NCBI GenBank assembly: GCA_036344135.1 | Contig: JAYYUG010000097.1 | Span: 8,034-72,033 of the forward strand | Source: Pseudomonadota bacterium | Lineage (GTDB): Bacteria; Pseudomonadota; Alphaproteobacteria; MED-G09 | Direction of reading: 5' to 3' | DNA length: 64,000 nt | Part shown: piece by piece, positions 10,197-20,120 of the stretch | Layout of the letters: the number at the start of each line of letters is the position of its first letter | How positions within the stretch are numbered: position 1 is the stretch's first letter | Position numbers and translations under genes: made by a program | The notes under the pieces: model-generated | What the model was told of the DNA's origin: nothing | What the model saw: the letters and a program-made list of their open reading frames with translations, nothing else | Databases searched by the model: none

Positions 10197-12668
10197 TTAT
10201 CTTTGGTAAGACAACTCAAGCATCATAGTTCTTCCGGGTTTCATATAGGAATATCTATCAGCTTGGAAGCCGTAAATACTTCCGGCGTTACCACCTGTAG
10301 ATGGAGTATCTGATGCATAGGTTTGGATATACTCGTCATTAAGATTTTTTCCAATAAGACTGAGCTTCCATCCTTGATCCGGAGAGCTAACACTAACGGC
10401 AGCATCAAAAACATGATATGAACCTTGTATTGCATTGGGTATGGTATCTCTCAATACATAATCATCAGAGAATTTCACATTTCCGTTAAGACCCAATTCC
10501 AGTTCACCCCCAATATCGGTAATATAATTGAAACCAAGGTTGTAACGCAAATCTGGAGACATAGCTTTATCACTTCCATTAAGACTTTGTTCCCATAAAC
10601 CTCCGACTTGTGTCGTACATCCTTCTGAAGGTTTTTGACCGCCATAACAAGGACCGCTAAATTTTACATAGTTGGCATCATTATAACCTAATGCTCCGGT
10701 CAATCTAAGACCTTCCACAGAAGGCGGTAAGTAAGTAAGTTGTATTTCAAATCCTTCAGATTCAGTTTCCTCTGCATTCAAGGTTCTGTAGGCAAAAGTA
10801 GCAGAATTAAAGAAGTTTAATTGAAGATCTTCATACTCGTATTTATAGATATCAAACTCAACATTAAGAGCTCCATCTAAGAGAATAGCTTTAACTCCCG
10901 CTTCTACACCTTTTACCGTTTCAGGATCATAAGTGATGTCAGCAATCGGATCAGCATTTAATGTGCTATCAATAGAACCGTTATCAAATCCAGCTGACTT
11001 CCAGCCTTCTTTGTAAGCAACGAAATAAGTAACGTTTTCAGACGGTTGATAACGAAGAGTTAGCTCAGGAACCAATTCATCAAGTTTTGTTTTCGAAGCT
11101 AATACTCTGCCTTCAACAAATAAGAATCCAAACATTGGATTAACATAAGGTTGAGTAAAATAAGAATCCTTTTCTTCCTCAATATAACGCGCACCGACAG
11201 TTATTTGGGTTGTGTCAGACATATCCCAAATCAATTCACCATAAACAGAAATGGTTTTTCCATCTGTTTCAGATACCTTATCGTAAGCCACAAAACGATT
11301 TGACGGATCAGCTAAAGAATTTTCAGCTCCAGCAAAAATTACCTCTTGAATGAAGTATCTTTCAGTGTTGGCATAATACGCTCCTAATGCCCAGTTGAAG
11401 TTTCCTTCGTTCTTTGAAATAACTTTTGATTCTATAGAAAAATTCTCGAAATCATTACCTTCACCAGCAAAACATCCAACACTTGCTCCACCATCACAAT
11501 CAATTACCCAACCAACATTTTGTTCGTGATGGTTCACAATTGTTTGAATAAAAACTTCATCCAAATCCACATTTAAATGCGCGGTAATAATTTTGGACTC
11601 GTAATTTTCTCCCAAATCTCCACCCAATTGACCTGTAAGTGGTAATGCAGCAGCAGGAGTCGTTGGAATAGGATTAGCGCCGCTTCGTCGGTCTTTATTA
11701 CATTCACCACCGCCCACATTCTCAATCGGCATTAAAAAACCAGGATTGTCTGGATTTGCCGTGTTTACGTGAGGTTTTCCACCTAAAGTGGTGCAATCAT
11801 ACCATTCACTAACACCCATGTTTGCATAAGTATTATCTGCAAAAGAGGCTTTTAATTTAAAAAATACATTTTCAGAAAAATTTCCCGCAAGTGTCAAACG
11901 ACCAGCGCTAAGTTCTGATTGGGGTGAATGGCTGGAAACAGGTCCTCTAGTCTCATGAACTGTTGGGGCAAATCCTTGAGATACATCAACCGTTGTATAG
12001 GTTGTTGGTCCTGCAGTATTTTCTAACCATCCTTTATCCATCTCGGAATTAAACAACGCAAGTCGTATTCCCCAATTATCACTTAGTGGAGAAGAAACCA
12101 TAAATTCTGCAGTGTTTGTCTCATATTCAAACTCATTAGCCACCTTAAATCCCCATTCAAGTTCGTCTCCAGGATCATTAGTTGTAATTACAACCGCGCC
12201 TGATGTAGCATTTTTACCGAAATAAAGCGCTTGGGGACCCTTAAGGATAGCAACTTGGCTTACATCAAATAAACCTTCATTGATAACTCTTCCTTGTGGA
12301 AAGTAAACACCATCAATCATGACAGCTGTTGATTGTTCAATACCTAAACTACCTGGACTGGATGCAATACCACGAATGGCAATCTGAACACCACTACCAC
12401 TGCTCAACCTATTGATCTCAAGAGAAGCGGAGCTATTAGCAATATCGTCCAAAGTTTGGAATCCGTACGTATCCATTTCTTCCTCGCTTATAGCTGTAAT
12501 TGCTACAGGAATATCTCTCACTGATTCATCGCGTGCTCTCGCTGTAACAACAATCTCTTCTATGTATCTTGAAAGATTACTAGATGAAGAATTATCCTGT
12601 GCCTGAGTATAAGAAAAACTAAAAATTAAAGAAAAAACAAAAAATAACGAAGGAACAAATCTCATCAC
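10197..12668 (-). CDS. TonB-dependent receptor (complete)
   Basis: 823 aa; signal peptide; TonB box/plug (EEIVVTARARDESVRDIPVAITAI); long beta-barrel with alternating amphipathic strands. Confidence 0.9.
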   Translation of the reverse strand: MMRFVPSLFFVFSLIFSFSYTQAQDNSSSSNLSRYIEEIVVTARARDESVRDIPVAITAISEEEMDTYGFQTLDDIANSSASLEINRLSSGSGVQIAIRGIASSPGSLGIEQSTAVMIDGVYFPQGRVINEGLFDVSQVAILKGPQALYFGKNATSGAVVITTNDPGDELEWGFKVANEFEYETNTAEFMVSSPLSDNWGIRLALFNSEMDKGWLENTAGPTTYTTVDVSQGFAPTVHETRGPVSSHSPQSELSAGRLTLAGNFSENVFFKLKASFADNTYANMGVSEWYDCTTLGGKPHVNTANPDNPGFLMPIENVGGGECNKDRRSGANPIPTTPAAALPLTGQLGGDLGENYESKIITAHLNVDLDEVFIQTIVNHHEQNVGWVIDCDGGASVGCFAGEGNDFENFSIESKVISKNEGNFNWALGAYYANTERYFIQEVIFAGAENSLADPSNRFVAYDKVSETDGKTISVYGELIWDMSDTTQITVGARYIEEEKDSYFTQPYVNPMFGFLFVEGRVLASKTKLDELVPELTLRYQPSENVTYFVAYKEGWKSAGFDNGSIDSTLNADPIADITYDPETVKGVEAGVKAILLDGALNVEFDIYKYEYEDLQLNFFNSATFAYRTLNAEETESEGFEIQLTYLPPSVEGLRLTGALGYNDANYVKFSGPCYGGQKPSEGCTTQVGGLWEQSLNGSDKAMSPDLRYNLGFNYITDIGGELELGLNGNVKFSDDYVLRDTIPNAIQGSYHVFDAAVSVSSPDQGWKLSLIGKNLNDEYIQTYASDTPSTGGNAGSIYGFQADRYSYMKPGRTMMLELSYQR

Positions 12669-12797
12669 ATTCTCCCAAAAAAAGGTTATCTTTTAGAAGT
12701 TTACTGCTTTAATCTCATTTGTAAATCTTAATTGCATATTTAATTATTTATATACCAAATAATGCAATGCTATTAATATGGGGTTGGAGGGAATTAA

Positions 12798-14144
12798 ATG
12801 AGTGAAAAAAGACTAGAGGAGCGTTCAGCAAGGGTTTCTGGGTCTGCCAATAGGGTATATTCGGAAGATGTTTTAATCACCGGAGATCGTTATACTTCAA
12901 TAGATTTCATGGAAAAAGAGATGGATAAACTGTGGTCAAGAGTTTGGAACATAGGAGGTTGGAGTAATGAAATTCCAAAATCGGGAGACTTTGTTACTCA
13001 CCATATAGGACGTGAATCTATACTAATGGTTCGTCAAACGGATGGTTCTGTTAAAGCGTTTCATAATGTCTGTCCTCATAGAGGAAATCGTCTTGTTCAT
13101 AACGATATTGGTTCAGTCCCGGAATTCACGTGCACTTACCATGGTTGGAAATTTGACCTCGGCGGTACGCTTATCTATGCTCAAGATGAAGAGGACTTTC
13201 CCAAAGGTAACCCATGTGGAAAACTTACTTTATCAGAAATCCCATGCGAAGTGTACGGTGGTTTTATTTGGTACAATATGGATGAAAATTGCTTCCCACT
13301 AAGCGGATTTTTGGGTGAAGTCAAAACCTACTTTGATATGCATGATTTAGAGGGCATGAAACGTATCTACCACAAAGTATGTGAAGTCCCTTTTAACTGG
13401 AAAGCATTAAGGGATAATTTTTGCGAATCCTACCATTTGCCAATGACTCATCCTCAAATCATAGATTACTTTGATGACGATTATAAAAATACTGATTTTG
13501 AACTTTTCGAAACCGGTCATAATTTAATGAAAATGAAAGGTTGCTTACCTTCTCTTCGCGATGCAGGAACATTTGAGATTAATGACAAACTTGAGGCAGA
13601 CCTTCTCAACTGGGGGCTGGATCCTGCTGATTTTGAAGGAAAAGCTCATAACGTTAGAGAAGCTCTTCAAAAACAAAAAAAGAAATTAGGTTCTAAAAGA
13701 GGTTTCAAACATTTTGAGAAAATGCCAGACGCTTGGCTTACAGATGCTTTCCATTTTAATGTTTTCCCGGGCACGTCCATCACCTTCACAGCTGAAGTTG
13801 TCTCTCTTCAGAGGACCGAACCACATCCGACCGATCCAAATAAATCGATTTATGATCATTGGCAAATGGCTTTGAAAGCAGATAATTCCGACAGCCCTGA
13901 AACTAACCCAACGATGTTGGTATCCAGTCCCGAAGAAATGGTTGAATGGGAAGAAGTTGAAAAGACAGTGGTAATATTTGGCGAAGAAACACTTAGTGAG
14001 GTCGCTGATCAAGATTTGGAAAGATCGAGCGGTCAACAACTGGGTTTTCACTCCCGAGGATTCAAGGGTGCTTATTTGTCTGGTCAAGAAAATCGTGTGC
14101 AACAATTTCATAACTTCATTGACCGTTATATAAATAAAATATAA
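12798..14144 (+). CDS. Rieske [2Fe-2S] non-heme iron oxygenase, alpha subunit (alpha-only type)
   Basis: CPHRGNRLVH...CTYHGWKF Rieske motif; catalytic-iron motif ESYHLPMTH; GGAGGG RBS. Confidence 0.9.
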   Translation: MSEKRLEERSARVSGSANRVYSEDVLITGDRYTSIDFMEKEMDKLWSRVWNIGGWSNEIPKSGDFVTHHIGRESILMVRQTDGSVKAFHNVCPHRGNRLVHNDIGSVPEFTCTYHGWKFDLGGTLIYAQDEEDFPKGNPCGKLTLSEIPCEVYGGFIWYNMDENCFPLSGFLGEVKTYFDMHDLEGMKRIYHKVCEVPFNWKALRDNFCESYHLPMTHPQIIDYFDDDYKNTDFELFETGHNLMKMKGCLPSLRDAGTFEINDKLEADLLNWGLDPADFEGKAHNVREALQKQKKKLGSKRGFKHFEKMPDAWLTDAFHFNVFPGTSITFTAEVVSLQRTEPHPTDPNKSIYDHWQMALKADNSDSPETNPTMLVSSPEEMVEWEEVEKTVVIFGEETLSEVADQDLERSSGQQLGFHSRGFKGAYLSGQENRVQQFHNFIDRYINKI

Positions 14145-14247
14145 TTCTCAACCACTAATATAGGATTTTCGAAGCGTGTTTATCCCTATTTCTATTTCCT
14201 TGGATTGCAAATATTAAAGCTTAGTATATCCATATAGATTAAGTATT

Positions 14248-16203
14248 TTAAATTTTTCTCGTTAATTCGACAGCCTCATGAATTGCGCTCATCATCGAGT
14301 TTCGACCACGTACATCACCAATAAGATGAGTGTTTCGATTTGTTTTAGCTAGAGCTTCTGAGAGCTCTCTATTAGGTTGATTGAAACTCACCAAGAATAC
14401 GGTTTTGGCTTCTAGTTTACGTTTTCGTTCTGTAAACAAGACTCCTATTTCTACCTCCTCTTCAGTGATTCCACGTAAATAATGACCGCCAATAAAATCA
14501 AAATCTCCTGACATTAATCGCTCTCTAGCAGCGCCTACTGTGACAGGAGGATATGGAACATTTTGCGCCATTTGTTCCATCCTAGAAACCAGAGTTACGT
14601 GAACGCCTGCATTGAGTAGTACATCAGCTACAGAGATTGATTCAAACGTTCCTGTATCGTCAAATATCACAGCTGGTCCCTCTATTTCTGGCTTTTTACC
14701 AACACCAAATAGACTCCAGGAATTATACACATGAGATAAATCAAACCCTGGTATAGGTTCTGCAGGACTAGATACCTGAAAGCCATCGTCGCGCGGTGTT
14801 GTTCCTGTTGCTATTATGATTTCATCTGGAGAAATTTCTCTGACCTTTTCTTCATCAACCATTGAGTTTAAGTGAACATCTACTGTAAGCTCTTCAATTT
14901 CATCCATTAGATACTGGATAATAGCTCCTAAATCCCCACGATTCGGCGCACTAGCAGCCATTGCCACTTGTCCGCCAAGACGACGAGAGGCTTCGTGTAG
15001 CTCTACTTCATGTCCTCTAATAGCTAATGTTCTTGCGGCTTCCAACCCTGCAAGACCTCCTCCAACTATAAGTATTTTTTTGGAATCAAGCACCTTGTCC
15101 TGAGGATCGAAAGGGATAGATTTTTCTTGTGCGGCAGCGACATTTACTACGCAACTTAATGTGGAACCGTTCATTATACGTCCCACACAACCCATATTAG
15201 AACCTACACAAGGTCGAATCTTACGTTCATTACCCGATCGAGCCTTATTGACTAACTCAGGGTCAGCAATAAGCGCACGAACCATAGAAACCATACTGGC
15301 TTCTCCACTAGCTACAATGGAGCTTGCATGGTCGAGGGTCATTATTCTCCCTGTAACAATTGTAGGTTTTGTGATTCCAGGAGTAACAACTTTATTAGGG
15401 ATCATCTCTACCCCTAGTGGATCATCTGAAGGTGCAATCAATTTGTGAAACCTCCAATATGCACCCATATGAAGAGAAATATAGTCAACTAGAGGATCAA
15501 CTATTTTTGCTATCTCAGCATTGTCTTCCGGTTTAAGTCCACCTGGTACATGGTCTTCATTAGGGATACGAACCCCCACCACAAAGGAACTGTCTTTAAC
15601 TTCTTCTCTTATCGCATTTATAATCTCAAGTAGAAAACGAACCCGATTATTTAATGACCCGCCATATTCATCAGTACGATGATTAGTAGCAGGTGATAAA
15701 AACTCATGAATTAAATACCCGCTGGAAGCATGTATATCTACACCATTCATGCCGCCATCACGACATCGTCGTGCAGCTGAAGCAAATGCTGCGGTAATTT
15801 CACCAATTTGCTCCTTCGTCATTTCTAATGGTATAACTCCTATCATAGGGTTAGGTATTGGGCTAGCTGACCAATTCTCAGGTGCTGCTCCATCAGGAAA
15901 ACTTGCCCCAGCATGATAAATTTGCTGGAACAGCTTCATTCCATAGGGTTTTATAGTAGAAGTCAGTTTTTCGTAAAATGGGATGCATTCATCTGACCAC
16001 AAAGGTAATAGGCCTGGTGCGCTAGGATGTACGCCAGTAGCTTCCAAGGTTGACATACCAACTCCTCCCCGGGCCCTAGCCTCGTGATAAGCAATCAAAT
16101 CATCTCCAAGGGTCAAAGTTGCATGAGGGGTTCTCACAATACGGTTCGGGATTGTAATCCCACCTACCTTTATGGGAACAAAGAGGTTATCATATTGAGC
16201 CAT
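14248..16203 (-). CDS. OYE-like NADH:flavin oxidoreductase fused to FAD/NAD(P)-binding domain (2,4-dienoyl-CoA reductase / TMA-dehydrogenase-like)
   Basis: N-terminal OYE TIM-barrel (HATLTLGDD...QIYHAG); partial Fe-S motif CVGSNMGCVGRIMNGSTLSC; Rossmann GGGLAGLEAARTLAIRGHEV. Confidence 0.85.
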   Translation of the reverse strand: MAQYDNLFVPIKVGGITIPNRIVRTPHATLTLGDDLIAYHEARARGGVGMSTLEATGVHPSAPGLLPLWSDECIPFYEKLTSTIKPYGMKLFQQIYHAGASFPDGAAPENWSASPIPNPMIGVIPLEMTKEQIGEITAAFASAARRCRDGGMNGVDIHASSGYLIHEFLSPATNHRTDEYGGSLNNRVRFLLEIINAIREEVKDSSFVVGVRIPNEDHVPGGLKPEDNAEIAKIVDPLVDYISLHMGAYWRFHKLIAPSDDPLGVEMIPNKVVTPGITKPTIVTGRIMTLDHASSIVASGEASMVSMVRALIADPELVNKARSGNERKIRPCVGSNMGCVGRIMNGSTLSCVVNVAAAQEKSIPFDPQDKVLDSKKILIVGGGLAGLEAARTLAIRGHEVELHEASRRLGGQVAMAASAPNRGDLGAIIQYLMDEIEELTVDVHLNSMVDEEKVREISPDEIIIATGTTPRDDGFQVSSPAEPIPGFDLSHVYNSWSLFGVGKKPEIEGPAVIFDDTGTFESISVADVLLNAGVHVTLVSRMEQMAQNVPYPPVTVGAARERLMSGDFDFIGGHYLRGITEEEVEIGVLFTERKRKLEAKTVFLVSFNQPNRELSEALAKTNRNTHLIGDVRGRNSMMSAIHEAVELTRKI

Positions 16204-16341
16204 TATCCTGCTTTCTAAAAATTAAGGTTACCGCAAGTGTATCATAAAGAATTCTTAGTATGCCTTTCTTTCTTTTGATAATGATTTATTGTAGGTTTAA
16301 TATAACGTGTAAACAACTGAAAATATTGATAGAGGTTAATC

Positions 16342-17697
16342 ATGGGAAAAATGTTTAAAGATCTTGACCCGGACACGATGGTTCGATCGCCAGGTATTAC
16401 TTATCAGGAACTACTTGATACTGATTCACACGATGTTCCTGATGTATTAAGAATCCAATCACCAAAAGATCTTGGGCATTCAGAATTCTCGGTAGAACGT
16501 TACATTTCTAAAGACTGGCATGACAAAGAAGTTGAAAGAATGTGGAAAAAAATCTGGCAATTTGTATGTAGGGAAGAAGATATTGCTGAACCAGGCGACC
16601 ATTATCGTTATGATATTGCTGGAATTTCATTTCTCATTCTTCGTACAGAGACGAATGAGATTAAAGCCTATCCCAATTCATGTCTTCACCGTGGTCGGAT
16701 GCTCAAAGAGTTTGATGGTCACGCTTCCGAATTACGATGCCCTTTCCATGGATTCTGTTGGCACCTTGATGGCTCATTAAAGCATATACCTGCAGATTGG
16801 GATTTCCCTCAGATAGATAAAGAAAATTTTTCTTTACCTGAACTACCAATCGCTATCTGGGGAGGATTTGTGTTTATTAATCCTGACCAGCAATGCGAAC
16901 CATTTGATGATTTCATTAAGGATATGAAGACTCAGTTTGAACGTTGGGAACCAGAAAAGCTATATAAACAAGCGCATGTTGCAAAAATCGTGCCTTGTAA
17001 CTGGAAAATCGCACAAGAGGCTTTCTGCGAGGCCTATCATGTCAGCGGAACCCATCCACAAATTTTACCAAGTTTGGGGTGTGTTAATAGTCAGATCGAT
17101 GTTTGGGATAATTGCGCCCGAGTTATTACACCATCAATGACACCTAGTCCTCTTTTAGATTACGAACTTTCTGAAAAAGATATGATGCGTACCATGATGG
17201 ATCTACCACCGGAAGCCCAGGTTCCAGAATTACCAAAAGACATGAATCCTCGAGAGTTTATGGCGAATAGTAGCAGAGAGGATTTAAGGCCTAACGCAGG
17301 AAGTAAAGTTGATGAATATTGTGATGCTGAAATATTAGATAGCCTCGATTATACCTTGTTTCCAAATTTTCATCCGTGGGGTGCATTTAATAAAATAGTG
17401 TATAGATTTAGGCCCAATGGTAACGATCACCGATCAGCGATTATGGAATGCATTATGCTTTCGCCATTTCAAGGAGAAAGACCGCCTCCAGCTCCCATTC
17501 ATTGGTTGAAAGAAGATGAAAAATGGTCCAGTGCCTTGGGTTTTTTAGGTAAAGTTTTCGATCAAGATACTTTCAATATGCCTAAGGTACAACTTGGACT
17601 AGAATCTACCTACAAGTCAGGAATCACACTATCTGGTTACCAGGAAGGGAAGGTTCGTTGGTTACATCACAAATTGACTGAATGGGTGGGAGAATAA
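16342..17697 (+). CDS. Rieske non-heme iron oxygenase, alpha subunit (paralog 2)
   Basis: CLHRGRML...CPFHGFCWH; catalytic-iron motif EAYHVSGTH; clear paralog of 39763 and 60993 genes. Confidence 0.9.
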   Translation: MGKMFKDLDPDTMVRSPGITYQELLDTDSHDVPDVLRIQSPKDLGHSEFSVERYISKDWHDKEVERMWKKIWQFVCREEDIAEPGDHYRYDIAGISFLILRTETNEIKAYPNSCLHRGRMLKEFDGHASELRCPFHGFCWHLDGSLKHIPADWDFPQIDKENFSLPELPIAIWGGFVFINPDQQCEPFDDFIKDMKTQFERWEPEKLYKQAHVAKIVPCNWKIAQEAFCEAYHVSGTHPQILPSLGCVNSQIDVWDNCARVITPSMTPSPLLDYELSEKDMMRTMMDLPPEAQVPELPKDMNPREFMANSSREDLRPNAGSKVDEYCDAEILDSLDYTLFPNFHPWGAFNKIVYRFRPNGNDHRSAIMECIMLSPFQGERPPPAPIHWLKEDEKWSSALGFLGKVFDQDTFNMPKVQLGLESTYKSGITLSGYQEGKVRWLHHKLTEWVGE

Positions 17698-17939
17698 TGC
17701 CTTCTGTAAAACATCCATTTGACCCAAATATTTTATATGAGCTAGATAAGGATGGCAACATAAGAGTGACCAATGGAGAAAAATTCGGTGTATTTACTAC
17801 TGAAGGTAGGCATATTACAGGAGAAATTCGTGAAGCCGATCCACAATTATGTGTTTGGGTCGGAAACAATCCTGATGTTGAACAACAGCAAGCGAGGGAT
17901 GAACGTTTTACGGAACGTCATGGTTTTAGGAAAAAATAA
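17697..17939 (+). CDS. Small hypothetical protein translationally coupled to Rieske oxygenase (TAATG overlap)
   Basis: 80 aa from ATG 17697 with GGGAGA RBS inside the end of the upstream gene; no recognizable motif, no Cys cluster. Confidence 0.35.
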   Translation: MPSVKHPFDPNILYELDKDGNIRVTNGEKFGVFTTEGRHITGEIREADPQLCVWVGNNPDVEQQQARDERFTERHGFRKK

Positions 17940-17979
17940 ATATCACGACTTCCAAACCTTAAGTTTTATTCTGTCAGTG

Positions 17980-18183
17980 TTATTTAAACCATAAATATGG
18001 TTTATTTCCAGTTATCCTAAAGTAAATTGACATGTTTACCATATGCGTAATCAAAAGAGCTACTGCTATTCCGATTGCCCATATAGGATCGCGGTAATTT
18101 AAATGCGCCCCGATCAAATATAAAGCAATAAGAACCACAATAGTCCATACACCCATTACCAAAAATGCTTTTAAAGAGCTCAT
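17980..18183 (-). CDS. Small two-TM membrane protein (hypothetical)
   Basis: 67 aa, two hydrophobic helices; last gene of minus-strand alkB operon; 3' end overlaps a hairpin (17986-18003). Confidence 0.3.
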   Translation of the reverse strand: MSSLKAFLVMGVWTIVVLIALYLIGAHLNYRDPIWAIGIAVALLITHMVNMSIYFRITGNKPYLWFK

Positions 18184-18185
18184 AT

Positions 18186-18524
18186 TTATGTCCTCCTAAT
18201 TCTCTTTTGCTTAAAATCCAGTTCTACTTTGATGTCGGATTTAAGGACCGATTGACAAGCAAGAATATATCCTTCTTTTAATTGTTCATCAGCCAACACA
18301 TATCCGAAATCTGTAAGTGGTCTAATCTTTCCCTCTAACAATTTGCATCTACATGTCCCGCAACTTCCGACCCGACAATAATGTGGCCATTTAATACCAT
18401 TGTCCAAAGCAGCTGTAAGTAATTTCTCTTCCCGTCTTACTTTCAAAGTTTCATTAGCATTTACAATATTTGCCACAAAATGCTTATCTTTTTTTATAAA
18501 AAAATTAAGCACATTTTCAAACAT
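18186..18524 (-). CDS. [2Fe-2S] ferredoxin (plant/adrenodoxin-like Cys spacing)
   Basis: CRVGSCGTCRC...C (Cx4Cx2C...C) cluster-binding motif. Confidence 0.8.
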   Translation of the reverse strand: MFENVLNFFIKKDKHFVANIVNANETLKVRREEKLLTAALDNGIKWPHYCRVGSCGTCRCKLLEGKIRPLTDFGYVLADEQLKEGYILACQSVLKSDIKVELDFKQKRIRRT

Positions 18525-18553
18525 AAATAATTCTGGCCAGTACTGAGTAAAAC

Positions 18554-18913
18554 TTAAAGTTTAATTACTTCAGGTCTAAGAGACCATAAAATAGCCAATA
18601 TTTCGTCTTTTATACCCTGATCAATATTGTTTTCATCTAAAGCAGCCATCATATCATCAACAACCGCATTGAATTCCTCTTCGGAAATATTCATACTCGT
18701 ATGTGCAGTTATCATGTCTTTACCTGTATACTCTTCAGGCCCTCCAAACCCGTTACACATAAACTCGGTCACTAATCTTATAACTTCATTAGGATCACTA
18801 TTAGCATAACGATTATTAACCGTTGGATTTGAAGTATGATTCTTAAACAATGATGTAGCAATTTCTTTAATTGAATCGGGACCACCAATCCTTTCATAAA
18901 GACTATCAGACAT
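18554..18913 (-). CDS. Truncated hemoglobin (group I trHb, HbN-like)
   Basis: LYERIGG start, GGPEEYTGKDM...H motif matching 2/2 globin signature. Confidence 0.75.
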   Translation of the reverse strand: MSDSLYERIGGPDSIKEIATSLFKNHTSNPTVNNRYANSDPNEVIRLVTEFMCNGFGGPEEYTGKDMITAHTSMNISEEEFNAVVDDMMAALDENNIDQGIKDEILAILWSLRPEVIKL

Positions 18914-18971
18914 AATTTTCTCCTTTTTATAAAGCCTTAGTAAAATAGACTAAAGCTATAATCAATATTTA

Positions 18972-20120
18972 TTAAGCATAACCAACTTGTTTGTTAATCT
19001 TAGTTGCAATTTCACGCTCTGCATCAGTTGCAAAAGTATTATCCCAATGATCAAGCTTTTTCTTAATTAAAGCATGCCATAAAGGTGGCACAAGGGCTAA
19101 AGTAAATCCAGTAAAGTAACCCCACCCAGGATTGGGTCCTCCAACATCATCCAATTCCCAGAAATGTGTTTCTCCACGAACATGGTGATCGCATTGACGA
19201 CCAATTTCTATGAAAAACCAACTCGTAAAAGCCGTATCATTATCCCAAGAATGACGGTGTTCAATGGGTTTGTCCTTTTCTCGTACTAACCCAAAATGCT
19301 CCATATAGTTAAGAGCTTCCAGCTCAAAATTAGATATAGTCCAGACAAAGAACATGCAAGCAACTCCGACTATACCGCCTGCCCACACAAACAGGATTAT
19401 AGTTGGAAGACTTATTAAATAACCTGTAATCCATTTGTTATCTAATGAGAAAAACGATTTCCCTTGTTTCTCAAGTTTTTCTTGTTCCAACTCAAAAGAA
19501 AATTTTGACTGTCCCATATGTGATAACCAAAAATGTTTGTAAAGACTTCTACCCCTAGGAGAAGTGGCAGGATCATTTTCATGGGCAAGTTCTAAATGAT
19601 GGTTATAGACATGTGCGTAACAAAAATGTGCAGCACCGCTCAACCCCATCATCAATCTTGAAATAGGCCAACCTATATCTTTAGTATGAGATAATTCATG
19701 ACCATAAATTATTCCAAGTCCTGCAAATGCACCTGCTGACAAAGAAGCTCCGTACAATTCAAGACCTGTAATGCCTGTTTGAACAGGTAACCAACCCAAC
19801 AACGTAACAGTCCCAAAATCAGCTCCACTCGTATACTGATAAACTCTCCAAGCTAATACTACTTGTAAGATAATGAATATTGGCAGCATCAAATACATTA
19901 CTAGATTTTGTAATTCTTTTATTCCATAAGACTTTCCATTTTTATCAAATCCAGCACCTTTAGTATGGAAGTTGATCACCAGAGTATCTATAGTAATGCC
20001 AACTAAAAATAAAACAGCTCCTGTCCAAACAAAAGGTCCGCCAACAATGAGACCTAATATCGTGACAGACGTCAAAACTGGTACAATAAAGTATCTAATA
20101 TTAATAAAAAATTTTTTCAT
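18972..20120 (-). CDS. alkB: AlkB-family integral-membrane alkane 1-monooxygenase (fatty-acid-desaturase-like diiron hydroxylase)
   Basis: His boxes HELSH, HVYNHH, RQCDHH and the AlkB-specific NYMEHFGL (NYIEHYGL) motif; about 6 TM helices. Confidence 0.8.
   Translation of the reverse strand: MKKFFINIRYFIVPVLTSVTILGLIVGGPFVWTGAVLFLVGITIDTLVINFHTKGAGFDKNGKSYGIKELQNLVMYLMLPIFIILQVVLAWRVYQYTSGADFGTVTLLGWLPVQTGITGLELYGASLSAGAFAGLGIIYGHELSHTKDIGWPISRLMMGLSGAAHFCYAHVYNHHLELAHENDPATSPRGRSLYKHFWLSHMGQSKFSFELEQEKLEKQGKSFFSLDNKWITGYLISLPTIILFVWAGGIVGVACMFFVWTISNFELEALNYMEHFGLVREKDKPIEHRHSWDNDTAFTSWFFIEIGRQCDHHVRGETHFWELDDVGGPNPGWGYFTGFTLALVPPLWHALIKKKLDHWDNTFATDAEREIATKINKQVGYA

Noticed and set aside
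10197-10210. TonB-dependent receptor ending in ...ELSYQR rather than a C-terminal aromatic residue
   Set aside because: Considered a possible frameshift or truncation. But the stop is followed immediately by a clean bidirectional terminator, and barrel length of 823 aa is normal. It is likely a genuine atypical terminus.
13042-14111. ORFs 13042..13302(+) and 13686..14111(-) inside Rieske oxygenase 1
   Set aside because: Alternative-frame or antisense ORFs within a gene that has strong Rieske and catalytic-iron motifs.
17986-18003. 8-bp palindrome AAACCATA/TATGGTTT as terminator of the Rieske-2 operon
   Set aside because: It overlaps the 3' end of the small minus-strand ORF and lacks a strong T-run, so it is not reported as a feature.
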